Shown here in pieces: positions 45,609 to 49,145 of a stretch of DNA of 49,145 nt. The first letter of the stretch is position 1, and each line of letters starts with the position of its first letter. The stretch covers positions 1 to 49,145 of the forward strand of contig JANMPT010000041.1 in NCBI GenBank assembly GCA_031370005.1, read 5' to 3'. A program made the position numbers and the translations under genes. Source of the DNA: Bdellovibrionales bacterium (GTDB taxonomy: Bacteria > Bdellovibrionota > Bdellovibrionia > Bdellovibrionales > Bdellovibrionaceae). Below the pieces are notes generated by a model, which had not been told where the DNA came from, searched no databases, and saw only the letters and a list, made by a program, of their open reading frames with translations.

Positions 45609-47408
45609 ATGAGTCAAAAAAACATCCCGCCCACCATTACAATCGGCCACAGTATTCTTTCATTCAAAAATCGAACTGCCGCAAATGCCGTGATGTCTAA
45701 GCATGGTGATAAATGGATCAGTAAAAGCTGGTCTGAATACTATCAAGATATTGAAAGGCTTGGTGCTGGATTTTTAGCTTTGGGAGTGAAACCAAAAGAT
45801 CGTATCGCTATTATGTCCAACACTCGCTATGAGTGGTCCGTGTCAGACCACGCGGCAATGGGAATCCATGGAATTGTTGTCTCTATCTATCAAAACAATA
45901 CTCCCAGTGATGTGGAATATATTCTAAATAACTCTGAAGCCCGAGTCCTAATTCTTGAAAACGAAGCGCTACTAAAAATCTGGTATGAAATAAAAGTACG
46001 CTGCCTAAAAGTAGAAATAATTATTCTTATCGAGAACAAAAAAACTGTCGAAGATAAAACAATACTGAGTTGGGTTGAGCTCAATCAAAAAGGCCAGGAA
46101 CTGCTGAACAAAAAACCCAAGGTCTTTGAAGATCTCTGCAGTTCATTAAAAAATACTGAAACTGCAACTCTTCTTTATACTTCAGGCACGACTGGCGTAC
46201 CAAAAGGAGTCGTGATTACTCATACGCAGATAATTTCAGAGGTCAGCGAAGCCTTCCCAATTTTTGGCGTTAATGACACTGACACGTCTCTGAGTTTTCT
46301 TCCTTATGCCCATATCCTTGGTCGGATCGAGCATTGGGCACATGCTTATATGGGCTTCACTATGGCTTACGCAGAAAGTATTGAAAAAATCCGCAGTAAC
46401 CTGACGGAGATTGAACCAACATTTTTAATTTCAGTCCCACGTATCTTTGAAAAAATCTATTCTGCCATCGGCACTCAAGTCGATGCCTCCCCAGTGAAGA
46501 AAAGACTTTTTGCTTGGGCCCTTGGCATTGGCAAAAGAATCACAGAGCTCAAACTCACCCATCAAACCATTCCCTTAGAGCTGCTCGCGACCTATGAGCT
46601 TGCACGTAAATTGGTTTTGAACAAAGTGAGCTCTGCTTTCGGCAGGCGTCTGCGCTTTGCAATCAGCGGTGGGGCTCCACTGGCTCAAGACATCTCAAGT
46701 TTCTTTCATGCGTCTGGTGTTTTAATTCTAGAAGGCTATGGCCTGACTGAAACCACAGCAGCAATAACTGTGAATACACCATTTAACTATAAATTTGGCT
46801 CTGTCGGCCGGCCAATTGGTGACGTTGAACTTCAAATTGCTGAAGATGGAGAAATCCTCGTTCGTAGTTACAAGGTGATGAAAGAGTATTACAAGGACCC
46901 AGTAGCCACTGCTGAAGTCCTGATAAATGGCTGGCTTCACACCGGCGACATTGGAATTATTTTGCAGGGTGGAGATTTAAAAATTACTGACCGCAAAAAA
47001 GATCTTATTAAAACAGCAGGCGGTAAATATGTAGCACCCCAAAAACTTGAGGGGCTTCTCAAGTTAAACCCTCTTGTGACTCAAGCACTCATTTGCGGTG
47101 ATCAAAAGAAATATATTGTGGTCTTGGTGACCTTGGATCCCCTTTACCTGCAAAGTTTAGCAAAAGCACGCAATGAAAGTGCTACCAATTGGACTGAGCT
47201 TATCAGGCTGCCTTGGGTGCAAGACATTGTTCGCGATCATATTGCTATGACAAATGCTGATCTTGCGAGTTATGAAAGCATTAAGCGCTTCCTGATCCTT
47301 CCCACAGAGTTCACCGTCGAAAGTGGTGAGCTCACCCCATCTTTAAAATTAAAACGTAAAATGCTTACCCAGAAGTACCAAAAAGAAATCGATAGTCTTT
47401 ACATATAA
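45609..47408 (+). CDS. fadD: Long-chain-fatty-acid--CoA ligase (AMP-dependent synthetase)
   Basis: YTSGTTGVPKG, FLPYAH, VPRIFEK, SGGAPL, EGYGLTE, GWLHTGDIG, DRKKD, GELTPSLK. Confidence 0.9.
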   Translation: MSQKNIPPTITIGHSILSFKNRTAANAVMSKHGDKWISKSWSEYYQDIERLGAGFLALGVKPKDRIAIMSNTRYEWSVSDHAAMGIHGIVVSIYQNNTPSDVEYILNNSEARVLILENEALLKIWYEIKVRCLKVEIIILIENKKTVEDKTILSWVELNQKGQELLNKKPKVFEDLCSSLKNTETATLLYTSGTTGVPKGVVITHTQIISEVSEAFPIFGVNDTDTSLSFLPYAHILGRIEHWAHAYMGFTMAYAESIEKIRSNLTEIEPTFLISVPRIFEKIYSAIGTQVDASPVKKRLFAWALGIGKRITELKLTHQTIPLELLATYELARKLVLNKVSSAFGRRLRFAISGGAPLAQDISSFFHASGVLILEGYGLTETTAAITVNTPFNYKFGSVGRPIGDVELQIAEDGEILVRSYKVMKEYYKDPVATAEVLINGWLHTGDIGIILQGGDLKITDRKKDLIKTAGGKYVAPQKLEGLLKLNPLVTQALICGDQKKYIVVLVTLDPLYLQSLAKARNESATNWTELIRLPWVQDIVRDHIAMTNADLASYESIKRFLILPTEFTVESGELTPSLKLKRKMLTQKYQKEIDSLYI

Positions 47409-48145
47409 AAACGGAAGCCCAGGCTGATATAGCCTCCAGAAAAGTCAATGCTACGTGAGGCGCCATTTGCGTCAAGAACTGGGTCTCCGGCTATTTTCGA
47501 ACCACTAAAAGTGGTGACGTCTTTTGCATATTTGAAATTACCAATCTTCAACTGACGGTAACCGAACTCAAAAATATATGTCGTGGTATCGGTCATATGA
47601 GACTCAACGCCAATAGTGCCACCATAAAGCGTCCCGCTGCCTTTAGCTTCTACAGAGTGATTACTTACTCCTGGATAGCTGATAATCGTATAATCATTCT
47701 TGTAGCTCGCACTTCCCGAGCCAACATATGCCATGATAAAAGACCGGTAGGTGTTGGTTTTTTGTAAGTTGATCTCGATTCCTAGCTTAGGCGCATAAGC
47801 TGTGATATCACTATCAAGTGTATAGATATCGCTTGCTCCATTACTTGCCGCTATGCTTTTCATGACGGGGGGCTTAAAGATTTCAAAACCGAAACGCAGA
47901 CTCACATTGGGAGTAGAGTATAGAAACCCAAACTCACCAGTGTAATTATACGCTACTTCGCCTGTAAAAGTATTTGTGGTGTTGACCTCATTTAAAAATG
48001 CATTTTGTTTGATAGCTGACGGGCCGCCAGTAAGAAGAAAGTAACTGGCGAATTTCTCGCTGTTAATATTAAAAACTCGTGCTTCCGCCCGAAATGTAAC
48101 AAAACAAAAAGTAAAAAACAGAAATAAAAACTTCAAGACAACCAC
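47399..48145 (-). CDS. Predicted small outer-membrane beta-barrel protein
   Basis: Signal peptide ending AEA, amphipathic strands, C-terminal DFSGGYISLGFRFYM. Confidence 0.72.
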   Translation of the reverse strand: MVVLKFLFLFFTFCFVTFRAEARVFNINSEKFASYFLLTGGPSAIKQNAFLNEVNTTNTFTGEVAYNYTGEFGFLYSTPNVSLRFGFEIFKPPVMKSIAASNGASDIYTLDSDITAYAPKLGIEINLQKTNTYRSFIMAYVGSGSASYKNDYTIISYPGVSNHSVEAKGSGTLYGGTIGVESHMTDTTTYIFEFGYRQLKIGNFKYAKDVTTFSGSKIAGDPVLDANGASRSIDFSGGYISLGFRFYM

Positions 48146-48681
48146 TACTTTGTAATTTTCTTAGGCGCATAAAGATCAATCACCACTTTTGCAGTGGTCT
48201 TTTCACCCTTTACCTGGAATACCCGAGCAATCGTACCTGGCTTTAAATCCAAAGTCAGATTCAATGCCTTGTCCTCAGGATCTAAAATCATTGAGGTTTT
48301 TTTAACAAACAAAGACCCTTTGAAACGATTTGCCAAACGGCCATCATCCAAACGGCTATTTGGAGTTTGATTGAAGTCCAAAACCAAACGACTTGGATTT
48401 TTTTTAAGCTCTGCATGAAAATAAGCTGGCAATCCCTTCTGAGGATTTCCCTGCATGTCACCAAAATCAATCACAATTCGCTCAAGCCGCTTTTTAGCAT
48501 CTGAAGTGCGGCGTAAATCCATCAAGCTAAAACCAGTACCAGCCACTCCCCCTGTCGCTTCCCCTTCGTTGATCAAAATTTTTCCAACCACAGGAGACGG
48601 ACCTTTTGCCGGGATCGCTGCCGAAGCCAGCTGAAATATGCCAAAAAAGAAAAAAACTGGAAGTGCTAATGCTATTTTCAT
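48145..48681 (-). CDS. Secreted AMIN-like domain protein
   Basis: AAGGAG RBS, signal peptide, ERIVIDF...NPSRLVLDF...KVVIDL pattern typical of AMIN domains. Confidence 0.6.
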   Translation of the reverse strand: MKIALALPVFFFFGIFQLASAAIPAKGPSPVVGKILINEGEATGGVAGTGFSLMDLRRTSDAKKRLERIVIDFGDMQGNPQKGLPAYFHAELKKNPSRLVLDFNQTPNSRLDDGRLANRFKGSLFVKKTSMILDPEDKALNLTLDLKPGTIARVFQVKGEKTTAKVVIDLYAPKKITK

Positions 48682-48999
48682 ACGTAAAACTCCTTTTCAA
48701 AAAACACACTTCAGCTTCTCCTGATCCTTCCATTGGGTCAACTAAGGTTGATCGTTTTAGCGGATTTTGCTTCCGCTCCACGCTAGCATTTTTTTTCTTA
48801 TAATATCAATAGGTTAGCCGATCCCATAGGTAGCTCAAGCCCTAATAATGAATACACCCAATACATGCATCCTGCCCCGGAAGGCTAGGACTCCTGATCC
48901 GAACGATTCCAAAGTCCGTGTTAATACCCAACAAAACTCACTATTTACATAGAAATTAATTACCATGTTTTAGCTCTTAAACTATACTGCCCCAAATTT

Positions 49000-49145
49000 A
49001 TGAGCAAACAAGCCAGCTTTTTTGACTACCACAAGATGAAAGAAACCAAAGCCAAATACGGCAGGACCTGCCATGGCGGCCCCACATCCTGTGGACATCG
49101 TAAAGAACAACGCCCCCTCTCCGCAGGAAAGTGGATCCACCTAGT
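49000..49145 (+). CDS. 5' part of a Y1/IS200-like (RAYT-type) transposase, truncated by the window end
   Basis: Not in the ORF track. Translation MSKQASFFDYHKMKETKAKYGRTCHGGPTSCGHRKEQRPLSAGKWIHL.. shows the HGG...RK..RPL...HLV pattern I associate with Bdellovibrio Y1 transposase-like proteins. TTACCA-N17-TATACT lies upstream at 48960-48988. Confidence 0.6.
   Translation, partial: MSKQASFFDYHKMKETKAKYGRTCHGGPTSCGHRKEQRPLSAGKWIHL

Noticed and set aside
385..48803. Numerous short ORFs in the six-frame track lying antisense to or out of frame within long genes (e.g. 385-567, 3992-4264, 8514-8906, 23375-23932, 42685-43077, 48527-48781)
   Set aside because: They overlap well-supported genes, lack recognisable motifs or RBSs, and are best explained as shadow ORFs.
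48805..48920. GGTAGCTCAAG resembling a tRNA D-arm start, and a small hairpin CCTGCC...GGCTAGG
   Set aside because: No T-arm GTTC motif at the right distance and no acceptor stem on either strand; the hairpin is single-copy, so it cannot be called a REP.

Overview
Bacterial chromosomal window, most likely from a Bdellovibrio-like predator (Bdellovibrionota). This is an inference from a CdgA-like degenerate GGDEF protein, an FQNC-type lipoprotein, a myxobacterial-type Ser/Thr kinase and AddAB. Bases 1-6.8 kb are accessory: an ISAs1 element, fragments of a Doc toxin and an antiporter, a CsoR-regulated copper cluster (SHOCT protein, csoR, lipoprotein, copA) and an atypical orphan response regulator. 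Bases 6.7-18.4 kb form a tightly coupled ten-gene minus-strand operon: His-less pseudokinase, degenerate REC-GGDEF, alr, mlaE, mlaF, mlaD with a C-terminal beta-barrel, GYF/TPR membrane protein, lipoprotein, yhaM, cysE. Next come nadB, a lysophospholipase-like hydrolase, a lipoprotein, RNase HI and an orphan sensor kinase. A putative sigma54 promoter then precedes an outer-membrane barrel and a ~1630-aa lipoprotein metzincin, followed by addAB. The best candidate for an undescribed system is 36.1-42.8 kb: three paralogous TraF_2/FadL/PorV-like beta-barrels interleaved with three Cys-rich lipoproteins. The window ends with coaE, a Ser/Thr kinase, fadD, an OMP/AMIN-like pair and the start of a Y1/RAYT-like transposase. 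I found no rRNA, tRNA or CRISPR array. All family assignments come from motif recognition by eye; no database searches were run.
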